Shown: positions 1-10,657, numbered from the stretch's first letter. The stretch is DNA of 64,000 nt from Candidatus Poribacteria bacterium (GCA_964291315.2 OZ219750.1:352001-416000); one strand, 5' to 3'. Numbers and translations: made by a program. Notes: a model not told the origin generated them from the letters alone.

Positions 1-4
1 CCCA

Positions 5-1345
5 TCACAAGACATCAATAGAGGCACCTATTGCTTTGAGTTTCTCAGGCACATTCGCATACCCGCGTTCTATATAATTAATGCCCCTGACGTCACTGAC
101 TCCTTCTGCTATTAACGCAGCAATAATATATGCGAACCCTGCGCGTAAATCCGGAATCGTAATGGTCTGCCCTTCGAGGTGTGTGGGACCTCGGACGATA
201 CAACTGTGTAATTGATTTTTATCCCGAAATCGACACGGTTTAGTGCCCAGGCATGATTTAGATAAATCAATATCAGCTCCCATAGCACCTAGCAGGTGAG
301 TATAACCAAATCTATCCTCATATACAGTCTCATGTATAACAGAAACCCCATTCGCTTGTGTAAGCAAAACCACAAAAGGTTGTTGCCAGTCGGTCATGAA
401 TCCTGGGTGGACATCCGTTTCGATGTAGCTACCATACAATTCACGGTTCTGTCGAAAGAATGTAATCCCATTGGTGTCAACCTGCATTTCCCCTCCGACT
501 TTCCGCAGCTCATTGAGGAATGTAATCATGTCGGCTTGATTGGCATTCTTTACGGTAACACGTCCATCTGTGGCAACGGCGGCAGTCGCGAGTGATGCCA
601 CTTCAATCCTATCACTCATTGTGTGATGCGTAGCCCCGTGGAGCTGATTAACCCCTTCAATTATAATCTGTCTATCGACATCGAGGGTAATCAAAGCTCC
701 CATTTTCTGCAGGAAAAGAACTGTATCAATAATTTCCGGCTCTATCGCTGCGTTAATAATAACAGTCGTTCCTTCAGCCAGTGTCGCTGCCATTAATATA
801 TTTTCTGTTGCTCCTACACTCGGATAGGGTAATTCCACCACAGTTCCCTGTAATTTTCCGCTCCGGGCTATGTAATACTCATCGTGAATTTCGACGTTGG
901 CGCCCATTGCCTCTAATCCCGTGATATGAAAATCAATAGGACGCTCTCCTATTCTACACCCGCCAACCGTCGGCACTTTTACTTCGTCTGCTCGATGTAG
1001 AAGCGGACCAATGAGCAAGATCGGAATACGGTTGAACCCCGAATATATTTCACTCACTGTTGCCCGCGCAAGTTTAGGCGTTTGAATGACCAATGTCCCC
1101 TCGTCCAACCATTCATAGATCGTCCCTACCTCTGAGAGCATATCAAGAATTGCGTCAATTTCGGTAATACGAGGCACATTCGTAAAAGTACAAGGTGCCT
1201 CTGTTAATATGGAGGCAACGATTTGTTTACTGATAGCGTTTTTCGCTGCATCAACCTCAACAACCCCTTCAAGTTTATAGCCGCCATCTATAAGATAATG
1301 TTTTTCCGTTGTTTCCTGCTGAACAACTTCTTTGCGTTTCGCCAT
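5..1345 (-). CDS. murA: UDP-N-acetylglucosamine 1-carboxyvinyltransferase
   Basis: AKNA, active-site GGCRIGERPIDFH (Cys retained), SVGATENI, HPGFMTDWQ and DLRAG motifs. Confidence 0.97.
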   Translation of the reverse strand: MAKRKEVVQQETTEKHYLIDGGYKLEGVVEVDAAKNAISKQIVASILTEAPCTFTNVPRITEIDAILDMLSEVGTIYEWLDEGTLVIQTPKLARATVSEIYSGFNRIPILLIGPLLHRADEVKVPTVGGCRIGERPIDFHITGLEAMGANVEIHDEYYIARSGKLQGTVVELPYPSVGATENILMAATLAEGTTVIINAAIEPEIIDTVLFLQKMGALITLDVDRQIIIEGVNQLHGATHHTMSDRIEVASLATAAVATDGRVTVKNANQADMITFLNELRKVGGEMQVDTNGITFFRQNRELYGSYIETDVHPGFMTDWQQPFVVLLTQANGVSVIHETVYEDRFGYTHLLGAMGADIDLSKSCLGTKPCRFRDKNQLHSCIVRGPTHLEGQTITIPDLRAGFAYIIAALIAEGVSDVRGINYIERGYANVPEKLKAIGASIDVL

Positions 1346-1830
1346 GTTTTTCTCCCGATCAGTTCATACAGTCCGCTCCAAAGAGCCACGGTTTGCCCCA
1401 TTCCTTCGCTGTACACAAGAAAGAGATTTACCAATAGAAAGCCAGGTTTCGTGAAAAACGGATGGATTGTCTCCCCGGATCGCTGATCCCCGTAGACAAT
1501 GTAGATCACGAGATTTTCAATCATAGTGTACTTAGAAACAACGTTGAAATTGTTTTTATGGTTTCTAGATGAACGTAGACGGAAGGTTATCCATTTTTCT
1601 CTCCCAAGTTCAACGTATTGTTCTGGGCAACAGCGACAGCCTCCTTTTTCGTGGCGTTTACGACGACAGCATTAGTTCCTTTGTGGTTGTACCGCGAGTC
1701 AACTGAATAAAAGTTGGTTAGATTTTAATATTGACAATTTTTCTATAAGGTGTTAGCTTAAGTGGCAAACCTCTTTGTTTACGAGCTTTTTAGGTTTACA
1801 TCGTATAGTACGATAATAGGAGCACTCCAC

Positions 1831-2010
1831 ATGAAAAAAGCGGTTAAAAGCGCGATAGATCTTTGCAAATATGCTCGACAGCGACATATCAACTACCTCC
1901 AGAATTTGAGCAGCCGCGAGAGGAATATAGTGGCAGTTGTGAAAATAGTGTCCATTGTGTTGCTATTTGTGTCTCTATTCCTTATGGTATATGTCTATTT
2001 GTATCTTTAA
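1831..2010 (+). CDS. small hypothetical membrane protein with C-terminal TM helix
   Basis: ATG at 1831 with AGGAG RBS upstream; hydrophobic C-terminus; TTGACA-N17-TAGCTT at 1731-1759. Confidence 0.5.
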   Translation: MKKAVKSAIDLCKYARQRHINYLQNLSSRERNIVAVVKIVSIVLLFVSLFLMVYVYLYL

Positions 2011-2147
2011 TGCTAATATAGTGTTTGGGTTGAGAGGCGCCGGGTTCTCATTTTGAAGTTGCCTCGGAGGTATCCAACCCCTCGGCGGACACGCTAACGC
2101 GAATATTTATGAGCATCTGTCGTTTAAAAAAAGAGGAGATATATGAA

Positions 2148-2801
2148 ATGACTAAAAACGTCAGCGTCCTATTCATTTTCTGCTTCATTTCTGCCGTTGG
2201 TGCGTTTTGGTATTTCGGACATCATCGTCCTGCTCAAGAAATACAACGAGCGGAGCCCGTGGAGATTTATAAGCCAACGCTCTCTGAACCGCGTCGAGTG
2301 AAAGAACCTTCCCCTGTTACGGAAACGCCTCCACCCTCAGAAACAGAGCGTAACGAGTTCTCTGACACTTCCACACAGTCGGACATAACGGGTGAGGGTT
2401 TCGACGACAACGCCCTGCCTGCCTCTGATCCGGGCGCGCCCGCTGTCGGGACAGCTGAAGTGTCGACTGCCCCCGAACAATCAGAGGGATTTCTAGGCGA
2501 TCACCCGCCTCATGAGCATAACGACTCAGCGAAATCAGAGCTCAGGGAGGAAGTGGCTGCGGCATTGGCATCAGCTGAAAGAACCATGGAAAAGGGGATG
2601 GTGGCGCTGGTTCAGATACTCAAGTCCAAACCGGTAGAAGAACAACGTATCATGTGGAAGGCCATGAAAGAGAGTGCTTTCACTACCAAAAATCCTGTCA
2701 CACAAGAGCAGTTAACGCCTGAGCAAGCTGAAGAGGTATGGCAGATGATGGTCAATATCATAAAAAGCACCGGGTATGTTCTGCCGGAAGGAGTGGAGTG
2801 A
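2148..2801 (+). CDS. hypothetical exported/membrane-anchored protein
   Basis: GAGGAG RBS before ATG 2148; N-terminal TM/signal, Pro/Glu/Ser-rich linker, helical C-terminus. Confidence 0.7.
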   Translation: MTKNVSVLFIFCFISAVGAFWYFGHHRPAQEIQRAEPVEIYKPTLSEPRRVKEPSPVTETPPPSETERNEFSDTSTQSDITGEGFDDNALPASDPGAPAVGTAEVSTAPEQSEGFLGDHPPHEHNDSAKSELREEVAAALASAERTMEKGMVALVQILKSKPVEEQRIMWKAMKESAFTTKNPVTQEQLTPEQAEEVWQMMVNIIKSTGYVLPEGVE

Positions 2802-2970
2802 TGAAACGGTTGCCTTTTCTTGTATGGCGTGGGTATCCTTGTTCTCACGGGTTTTTTTATTGCATCCTTTGAGTCTGTTACAAGGCGGGGGAACGCATCG
2901 AGAAAACGCAAACAGCGAGGGTGAGAAAAAAGAAGAAGCTAAGAGATTCGCCTTTCCTAGAAGGAAACAC

Positions 2971-3657
2971 ATGAGAACGAGTCTTCAAAACGTCAGAGAT
3001 ATCTTCGTAAACCCGAGACAGGCCTTCGTGCATCTTAAAGATGATCCCAAATGGCTGTTGGCGTTTGCTCTCCATTGCCTCAGCTTTGTTGTTGTGGCAT
3101 GGGTAACTGATCCTTTTGAAGCCCACCTCTCTTCCGCAAATATTTCAGAGGAAGGGGGTGCCTCTGACAGCGTGAGAGATACCTATCCCATCATATATTT
3201 AGTTACTGCTGTGCTGGGTGGCAGTTTTATAATGTTAATGTTTGCTCTATTGAGTGGGTTTCTCTGGACGGTAGCGCGCCTCTTCCGAATAAATCGGAGT
3301 ATCCTCAAATTTAGTCACATCTATGTATGCCTTCTACACATCACGCTTATTACTGTTTGCGAAGAGCTTCTTAATACAGTATTGCTTCTCATTTTTAGAA
3401 CTCCCCAGGATGTATATACAAGGATAGACCTGCAGCTGATTCCGGGATTACACGATCTGTTAGGTTTTGTACAGAATGAGAAGCTGCTAATGTTTCTGAG
3501 CAGTTACAATCTCTTCAGTGTGTGGGAAATCGTTCTTACGGTAATTGCCGTTGTCGTTTTGATAGGGGTGGATAGATTGCGGGCGATTTTGATAGCGTTG
3601 TGCCTATCGCTTGTTATGGCAGTTCCGTTTCTTATCTATGCCTTATATTTGTTGTAA
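2971..3657 (+). CDS. Yip1-domain membrane protein
   Basis: Starts 'IFVNPRQAFVHLKDDPKW', typical of bacterial Yip1 proteins; about 5 TM helices; AAGGA RBS before ATG 2971. Confidence 0.75.
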   Translation: MRTSLQNVRDIFVNPRQAFVHLKDDPKWLLAFALHCLSFVVVAWVTDPFEAHLSSANISEEGGASDSVRDTYPIIYLVTAVLGGSFIMLMFALLSGFLWTVARLFRINRSILKFSHIYVCLLHITLITVCEELLNTVLLLIFRTPQDVYTRIDLQLIPGLHDLLGFVQNEKLLMFLSSYNLFSVWEIVLTVIAVVVLIGVDRLRAILIALCLSLVMAVPFLIYALYLL

Positions 3658-3668
3658 CATTTTACTAA

Positions 3669-3980
3669 ATGATGACTCAACTCCGAAAGCGCAGTCTACT
3701 TCTTAATGCGTTCACAATGATCATGGTATTTGTAATAACAATGTTTGTATCATTTCCGCAATTTCTCGAAACAGGATTTGCAGATTGGAGAGACATTGGA
3801 GGCCCTGCTGTGGCATGTGTGGGTGCAGTAGTAACAGGGACCGCTGCGGTTGCTGTTCTTGGGGTGTCTGCTCCGGTGTGGGTCCCGGCGGTTGCATTTG
3901 GCGGTTCAGTTGTAGGGTTGATCGGCACCGGAATAACGCTTTGGGACGCTATAGATGGTGCCGATGCTCCGTTCTATTAG
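3669..3980 (+). CDS. small secreted hydrophobic Gly/Ala/Val-rich peptide (bacteriocin-like)
   Basis: Signal-like leader ending GFA|DW followed by a hydrophobic Gly-rich core; 11 nt after the Yip1 gene. Confidence 0.6.
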   Translation: MMTQLRKRSLLLNAFTMIMVFVITMFVSFPQFLETGFADWRDIGGPAVACVGAVVTGTAAVAVLGVSAPVWVPAVAFGGSVVGLIGTGITLWDAIDGADAPFY

Positions 3981-4738
3981 ATAACCGCTATGTCTTTTAG
4001 ATATTGCAGCGAATCTGCCACTCTTGCTTGCACGCCTGCCTCGTCAAGGTTCTCGCCTTCGATTCCTTCCAATTCCATTGTGAAAGGTCCATAGAAACCG
4101 TTAGCGTTCAATTCTTGGAATAGTGCCTTGAAATCGACTACACCTTCTCCGAGTGTCGGGAAATGCCACGTTCTATAGCCCCCGTTTGTATCCTTGAGGT
4201 GAACTGCGCCAACGTGTGGAAGAACCTTCTGAACTTCCGAAACAGCCGTCACATTGTGATTGTAATAATAGACGTTGCCAGTGTCAAAATTGATGCAGAT
4301 ATTCGGATGGTTGACGGCTTTCATCGTTTCCAATGCGATATTTCCGTTCTGTGCCATATCTGGATGGGTCTCCAAGCAGACCTTAATGCCAGCCGGGGCA
4401 GCGTTCTCGCCAATGGCGCGAAGTCGATCGCAGGCAACGTTTCGGTCTGTATCGCCAGCGTGGACACTAACGAAGATGATTTGCACGTCCATCTGGGCCG
4501 CGATATTTAGGGTTGTTTGGAAGTCAGTAACAACCGTTTCAGAGGCAATATTGCATCCGCCGAGTAGACTGGTAGCGGTCAGTCCGTATGCGTCTAATTC
4601 TGACTGGAGTGCATCCACAGATTCAGTCGAAGGCACCCCGATTTCCACATTCGTCAGGCCGATTTCTGCTAGGTGTGCATACGCGCCCGCTCGAAACTGC
4701 CCATAACTCCCTAAATTACATGCGATAATGTTTTTCAT
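3977..4738 (-). CDS. sugar phosphate isomerase/epimerase (xylose isomerase-like TIM barrel)
   Basis: LETH, NFDTGN, VHLKD, GEGVVDF and MELE metal-binding motifs. Confidence 0.9.
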   Translation of the reverse strand: MKNIIACNLGSYGQFRAGAYAHLAEIGLTNVEIGVPSTESVDALQSELDAYGLTATSLLGGCNIASETVVTDFQTTLNIAAQMDVQIIFVSVHAGDTDRNVACDRLRAIGENAAPAGIKVCLETHPDMAQNGNIALETMKAVNHPNICINFDTGNVYYYNHNVTAVSEVQKVLPHVGAVHLKDTNGGYRTWHFPTLGEGVVDFKALFQELNANGFYGPFTMELEGIEGENLDEAGVQARVADSLQYLKDIAVI

Positions 4739-4815
4739 GTTTGTCTCCCTATTCAATATTATTGTGATAAGTTTAGAATTAACTCAGAACTATTCAGTTT
4801 TCCTAGACACCTATT

Positions 4816-5823
4816 CTACGGAATTTTTCGTAGCACTGTATTGCTCAATAATATTTCTATTCCTAATAATAACGCTGTAGGTATCAGGAAGTAGGGTGCT
4901 AGCTCTTTGTGCTCGACGACGGTAGTGACTTCGAATTTTGTTTTCTCAAATAGGTTAATTTCCGCGTAAATTTGCTGTAACGACTGTGTGTCTGTGGCGC
5001 GAAAGTAGCGGCCTCCTGTTATGCTTGCGATGCGCCTCAGCGTATCTTCGTCGAGGTAGGTTAGGACCTCGCGGTATCGTTTCCCGAAGGTGGTATCTGC
5101 GTACGGGATACGCGCACCGTCCTCTTTCCCCATTCCGATGGTATAGACTTTAATCCCGAAGGATTGGGCCAGAGAGGCTGCTGTTTCTGGCTCGATAGTG
5201 CCGGCGTTGTTTTCACCGTCGCTCAAGAGGATGACAATCTGGGTGTCGGATTCCGATAACTGCAGCCGGTGAGTAGCGGTTGCAAGCGCATCACCGATTG
5301 CTGTGCCGTCTTCCAACTGACCCACTTCTATACCCCGGAGCAACTCCATCAGTACCGAATAGTCGAGCGTAAGTGGGCAGAGCGTAAAACTTTCACCACT
5401 AAATATAACTAGACCGATGCGATCATTTTCGCGGCGGGCTAGAAAATCGTTAATGACCGATTTCGCAGTTTGAATACGATTCGCTCCTTCGAAATCCTCT
5501 GCTCGCATGCTCTCCGAGATGTCGAGTGCTAATAGGATATCTATTCCCTCTAAAAATCTATGCTCACGGCTTTGGGAAAGTTGGGGGCGAGCTAGTGTAA
5601 AGATTAGAAGCCCGAGAACGATAAACCTCAGGATGCGAAGTATTGGTAGTGCTTTGACCGAGGTGGCCTCCTGCATCTGTTGAATGCTTGCCCTGAATCC
5701 GTGTCTGAAGTCGGAAAAATATATGACGGGGACGATTGACTGTTTGCGGAGCCAGCGTAACGCAAATATTAGGATTGGCAAAACGAGCAGCAGAGCAAGG
5801 AAAATAGGTGAAGCGAGCTTCAT
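4816..5823 (-). CDS. batA: VWA-domain protein, BatA-like
   Basis: LARPQ, MIDAS DISESM, DRIGLVIF..PLTLD, GTAIGDAL, LLSDGENNAG; AAAGGAG RBS before ATG 5823. Confidence 0.88.
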   Translation of the reverse strand: MKLASPIFLALLLVLPILIFALRWLRKQSIVPVIYFSDFRHGFRASIQQMQEATSVKALPILRILRFIVLGLLIFTLARPQLSQSREHRFLEGIDILLALDISESMRAEDFEGANRIQTAKSVINDFLARRENDRIGLVIFSGESFTLCPLTLDYSVLMELLRGIEVGQLEDGTAIGDALATATHRLQLSESDTQIVILLSDGENNAGTIEPETAASLAQSFGIKVYTIGMGKEDGARIPYADTTFGKRYREVLTYLDEDTLRRIASITGGRYFRATDTQSLQQIYAEINLFEKTKFEVTTVVEHKELAPYFLIPTALLLGIEILLSNTVLRKIP

Positions 5824-5849
5824 GCTTGCTAACTCCTTTCTGACCGTGG

Positions 5850-6842
5850 TTACCACCCGCTGCCGGGAATGGATGAGATATTTCTGTGTGGATTTTGTTG
5901 GAACATTCTGCTGATGCTGCTCAGCAAACATAATCCGATGCTCATAGCGTTGACAAGGAGAAACGTCACCCAGTCAATATATGGCAGTGCTGTCGCCATA
6001 AAGTAGAGTATGTAACTGAAGACTATGCCGAGTGGTCTCAGTCGTCCTGAAAAGATCGTGCTACCGAGCGTGAGAAAAATTGCTGTTTTTCCAAAGACTG
6101 CCAGTGGCACCAAGAGTGCTAATACTAACAACATAAACGGTACCCCGATTATTGAGAGGGTCAGTAGCGTCAGGAGCAGCGGTATTGTGGGCAACATCAA
6201 GCCCCCAAATAGAATACTACCTATGGGTCTACGTGCCAGCAAATTGCTCATTGCATTTATCGGTTTTAAAAATAAGAGTGCGATTAACAGATACATCAAA
6301 AGAGAGAGCCCGGACTTTAGCAGCGTCGATCGTAAATTCCAGTCTCTGTCGATGGTTCTTGAGAAAATATAGGGGTGCATTGCGATTTTTACTGCAGCAG
6401 GTACCATTTCCCAGCGATTGCTCACTCTGATATTCGCTGCGCCGTCTATATTCCCGGATACTTGTCCACCGATAACCTCGAGGGTCCCATCCACTCGCGA
6501 TCCATTTGTGAGTACAACGTCTCCGCCGAGTACCAACATATTTCCAGTGACAGCTCCTTGTAGCCTGGCATTTCCACCAATCATGATGAGTGTCGTTATG
6601 GTTTCATCGGCTGTTAACTCATAGTCGTTGGCAATTCTTAAGACTCGCCGATTCTGTTCAGGTAATGTCTGCTTTGTTGCCGCTGTTCCATCGTCTCTTG
6701 GATTGTCGGTTCCTGTTTCCGTTTCTGTTAGTAGTTTTCCGGAGTTCTCGTCTGAAACTTGGGGTTCGCTAATTGAGATTTCCCCAAACACCGGCAGTAC
6801 GTTAAAGATTAAAAGTAAAGAAATGAGTCCTACGTTCTTCAT
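5850..6842 (-). CDS. exported beta-helix (bactofilin-like) plus multi-TM membrane protein
   Basis: Signal peptide, GGNARLQGAVTGNMLVLGGDV beta-helix repeats, C-terminal TM bundle. Confidence 0.7.
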   Translation of the reverse strand: MKNVGLISLLLIFNVLPVFGEISISEPQVSDENSGKLLTETETGTDNPRDDGTAATKQTLPEQNRRVLRIANDYELTADETITTLIMIGGNARLQGAVTGNMLVLGGDVVLTNGSRVDGTLEVIGGQVSGNIDGAANIRVSNRWEMVPAAVKIAMHPYIFSRTIDRDWNLRSTLLKSGLSLLMYLLIALLFLKPINAMSNLLARRPIGSILFGGLMLPTIPLLLTLLTLSIIGVPFMLLVLALLVPLAVFGKTAIFLTLGSTIFSGRLRPLGIVFSYILYFMATALPYIDWVTFLLVNAMSIGLCLLSSISRMFQQNPHRNISSIPGSGW

Positions 6843-6877
6843 ATTGCTCTTTTTGTGTCAAAAGGAATGTATGGTAA

Positions 6878-6906
6878 ATTATAGACTGAACCCTGTTTCT
6901 TGTCAA
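6878..6906 (-). promoter_or_regulatory. sigma-70 promoter TTGACA-N17-TATAAT
   Basis: Perfect consensus on the minus strand upstream of the gene starting at 6842. Confidence 0.85.
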
Positions 6907-6940
6907 TGTTTTTCCCAAGTAACTTAGGGGAATTCAGTTT

Positions 6941-9900
6941 TCAGTAATCTCTCAAGCCCATCCTATATTTGATGTCGTAGTTGATGATGAAGTCTAATTC
7001 CTCGTCCGTGAAGCCGTAGTGTTTTGCGAGGACGCGGTCTATTTCGTCTATAATGTGCTTGGAATGCCGCGGATAAAACTCATCGTAGATGACCTGTCCA
7101 GTGGTCTTATAGGACGCTTTCTTGCGTTGTGAGTGATGTTTGAGATCTACCATCAAGTCCTCGCACAGCTGGGAGAGGCTCTGCTTGATTTGCCGCTCCA
7201 TATCATCTATCCCAATCGGAAAACTTCTAATTTCACGCAAATTGACGTGCCGGCAATCGGAAAGCACAACAAACCACCAGTAGAAAAGCGAGCTGTTCAA
7301 GCTTGCGGCGGCGACATAAGCGTCTAATTGGGTTCTAAAGTGCAGCGGTTTCATCTGAGTTGAGATTTTCTCACCATCTCGCTCGTTCCAAAAGTAGGGA
7401 ACAAAGTTCATTGCTCGAATCCAATAGCCCGGGGCGTTATGGTAGTATATTGTGTAGGGGGCCCGCTTCGTATCAAGGTGTTTGCCTAAAGCTGAGAACT
7501 GAGATAATCTCTTCCACACATTTTGTTCGATCTCGCTCCGGACTTTCGGCACAGAATTTTGAAATGAGATATGCGTAACCTCTGCGTATTCTGCGACACT
7601 GAAGAGATATTCGCGAAATATCTCGTTCCATCTGTTATAGCCGGATGTATACAACAGATTGGATGCCTTTGAACTCTGTTGAAGAATATAGATCGCCAGT
7701 CGTTGACCTGCTCCGACAAATAATTTTGATGGGATCATAGCATATGTTTGTATCCACGCAGCGTGTTTATGGCGCTGGAATAAATGTTGGAGGGGCGCCA
7801 TTCTATCCGTGCAGTATGCGGAATGCGGGATTATCATTGATTTCCACCCATTCTTTTGAAGCAGCCGAAAGCTCCTTTCAAACACAAAGGCGTATAAATT
7901 GCCGCACGTTTCGGTTTCGTATCCTTTTACTGTGTAATCCTTTTTGACTTTGCTATATTCTATGTAGGGCGGGTTTCCGATGATGACATCAAATCCGCCG
8001 TCTTTGAGGATGCCGTAGAAAGCGATGAACCAGTGGAAGGGCTTATGCGTGTCAAGCCATTTGTGGTAATCCGTGATTACCCCCCCCCGCTTATTGCGTG
8101 TGAAGTGTCTATTCCATACTCACCCGCAAGATAGGTATTCAACTCGGCTTCTAAAGTATCCAGTCTGCTCTGTAATGCCTGCTTATCCGCACGCGTCACG
8201 ACCCCGCCTAACGCCGTCTGTTGCCTGCGAAACGCTTGGAACAACGCATCCACATCCTCTGCCTTCTCCCGAAGCCGCCGCATCGTGTCGTCAAAGTCCA
8301 GCTTGCCCGTCACCGCACGCTCTACCGCATCATACGTTGAGAACCCGACGAGACTATTCCCCGACTGGATGTTGAAGTCGATGTCTGGCAACGGCTCTAT
8401 CTGTCGCACATCTTCAATCTGTGAGACCATCTTCAGGAAGAGCCGGAGCTTACAGATTTCAATCGCCTCCGCCATGATGTCCACACCGTAGAGGTTATTT
8501 ATCACAATAGACTTGAGAATAAAATAGGCTCTGTTCGGATGCTGCTCGATACGCTTAAGCGTCTCTCGGAAGTCGGTGTATCTTCTGCCACCTGTTCCAG
8601 GGCGTGCGTCAGCATCGTTGAGGAAGGCTTGCATTCGGTCGAGACACGCCTCATAGAGCGGCACGAGGATATTCACAGCAGCGAAGAGGAACGCTCCGAG
8701 CCACACGTCGGATCCAGGATGCTGATGTGTCTGATCGCCTGCCAAAACGCACGCAGCAGCTCGGGGCCTTCACATCCCGCGATTACATCCTGTGCGAACT
8801 GACGGATATCCAAGTTGTAGGTAATCAGATCGTTGATGCTCCCGACGTCTCCGTTCACCAGCTTCGCACGCAGCGTCTCGTAGCGTTGTCGTCTTGCAAC
8901 GACTTCCCGCCATATCTCTGTCGGCAAGGCATACTCGGAAGGCGCAACGGTGTTCCAATCCGTGCGCTTAGAGACATCCGCAACCCCCGCAGCGATGTTA
9001 GGCGGCAGCTCTAATTCAGTCCCTTTGCTCACAGCCGGGTAGATATAGCGCTCCGGGGCATCTCGCAGCAATTGCCACACCGCACCACCCGCCGCAAACG
9101 CTATCTCACACGACCGACGCGCCGCATCAAAGAGAAACGGAATAATCGTGTTTTTGCTGATATACTCGGTGATGTCTTCCTTAGTATAATAAGCACCCAT
9201 CTGCTTCTGGTTGATGTATTTCTCAAAGATATATCCCAGCACATCCGGGTTGATCTCCGTGTCGTTTTTCAACGGGCGATCGTCCAAATGCCACTGATAC
9301 GCATCAAAGAAGCCGAAGAGCTGCTCAAACGCCGCATCCGGGATCTCAATACGCTCCCCGTGATGCGTCTCTATGGCGTGCTGCTCAAAGATACCACCGT
9401 TGAGATACGGCACATCCCCGAGGAGCCCGACCACGGCTCTGCTCCGCTCTGCCTCCGGCTTTGCGAACCCTTCAAAGAACAGCGGACAGAGAAACGCTCT
9501 ATAGTATCGGTCGCTGCCACTCTTTTGCGTCTCCGTCAACGTGTGCCGCAGATAGTCTGGGTCATTGTTGAGGAACCCCTTTTTCTGAATGAAGTAGATG
9601 AACATCAGCCGATTCAGCAGGATAGAGACATATGCGCGCTGCACCTCGGCATCCGGGATGCCCGTGAGGAACGATAAGAACGCCGTCTGCTCTCGCTTGA
9701 AGCGATCGTAAAACTTCTTGGTCACCCGCTCCGCATAGAACGCACTCCCGACACGCCCTGTCACGTCAGAGAGCGTCAGTTCGGCTTCTTCGTCAAGACT
9801 GAAGGCGATCGGCTCTAACTTTTGTATCAGCGACTCCCCCGATTGTGCCGTGTGATACCGGTGTTCTCGGCAGACATCTGGCTTGCCCGGCTCTCGTCTG

Positions 9901-10211
9901 ACCCACTGCCAGAGATGCGTTGTCCTCTCGGCATCCGTGTAGATGATAATATGCTCATGCGCAGAGCGGGCCACCTGCTGCTGGATCTTCCGGCGCAGCG
10001 CATAATCGGGGAGTTGTCCGGCCGTGTCTGTTGCGTGGCATTCAAAGACGATCATGCCGCGTTTCTCTGCGACTGCGGAGAGGTGCCACTCGGTGGTGTC
10101 TACGCTGATATTTAGTGCTTGTGTGTAGTGCTCCCACCCGAGTGCTTGGGTGAAGAGGGCGCTAAAGTTAGCAGATCTGAGATAGTCAAGGATTCGTTCT
10201 CGATGAAGCAT
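6941..10211 (-). pseudogene. type IIG/Eco57I-like N6-adenine DNA methyltransferase with specificity domain, split by two frameshifts
   Basis: PYLNGGIF, GAYYT, ILDPTCGS|GAFL (shift near 8697), LYGVDI, then after the G9 tract (8080-8088) PFHW..FDVIIGNPPY running into ORF 6941..7885; pieces are 8673-10211, 8077-8745 and 6941-~8079. Confidence 0.85.
8080..8088 (-). repeat. G9 homopolymer tract inside the methyltransferase gene
   Basis: AGC GGG GGG GGG TAA; G10 or G7 would restore the frame into ATC ACG GAT TAC...NPPY. Confidence 0.9.
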
Positions 10212-10243
10212 GGACGTTTTTTCCTATTCATTCGTTTTCACAC

Positions 10244-10272
10244 ATTATACACGATAACGAGATGGCTTTCAA
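10244..10272 (-). promoter_or_regulatory. sigma-70 promoter TTGAAA-N17-TATAAT
   Basis: Upstream of the MTase start at 10211, with TG extended -10-like context. Confidence 0.7.
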
Positions 10273-10512
10273 CACAGTTTTTCGGAGGTTGGGGCCGGGT
10301 AGGTTATTGCAGCTAAAAAAGGGGATATCCCTCCGAACGGGGAAATTGTGCTATGGAAGCACAGGAAACCAACAGGTTATGCTACAAGTGCTCCTGCACA
10401 GGCTAATAGGTTATGGTCAGCTATTTATCACCCCACCTTACGTTATACGCAAAAAGCGCGGGACAGGCACGACAGTACCGGAATACAGAATGTCTTCAAA
10501 CGTTATTTTTTG

Positions 10513-10541
10513 TTGACATCTACCGTTAAATCTGATACGAT
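10513..10541 (+). promoter_or_regulatory. sigma-70 promoter TTGACA-N17-TACGAT
   Basis: Upstream of the LamG gene at 10658. Confidence 0.7.
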
Positions 10542-10657
10542 AAATACATGTGATATCGAGTGGTGATTTGTGCGTTATCACAATCGAGTGCCCTATAAGT
10601 TCACTATAAGTGAATGTATAAGGGCTTTGAACTAGTAATATCTAACTGGAGGTAAAA

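Noticed and set aside
5-1345. Fosfomycin-resistant MurA
   Set aside because: The active-site Cys is retained (GGCRIG), not replaced by Asp
8065-8088. Canonical -1 programmed ribosomal frameshift signal
   Set aside because: The hairpin overlaps the G run rather than lying 5-9 nt downstream, so it does not fit the standard geometry
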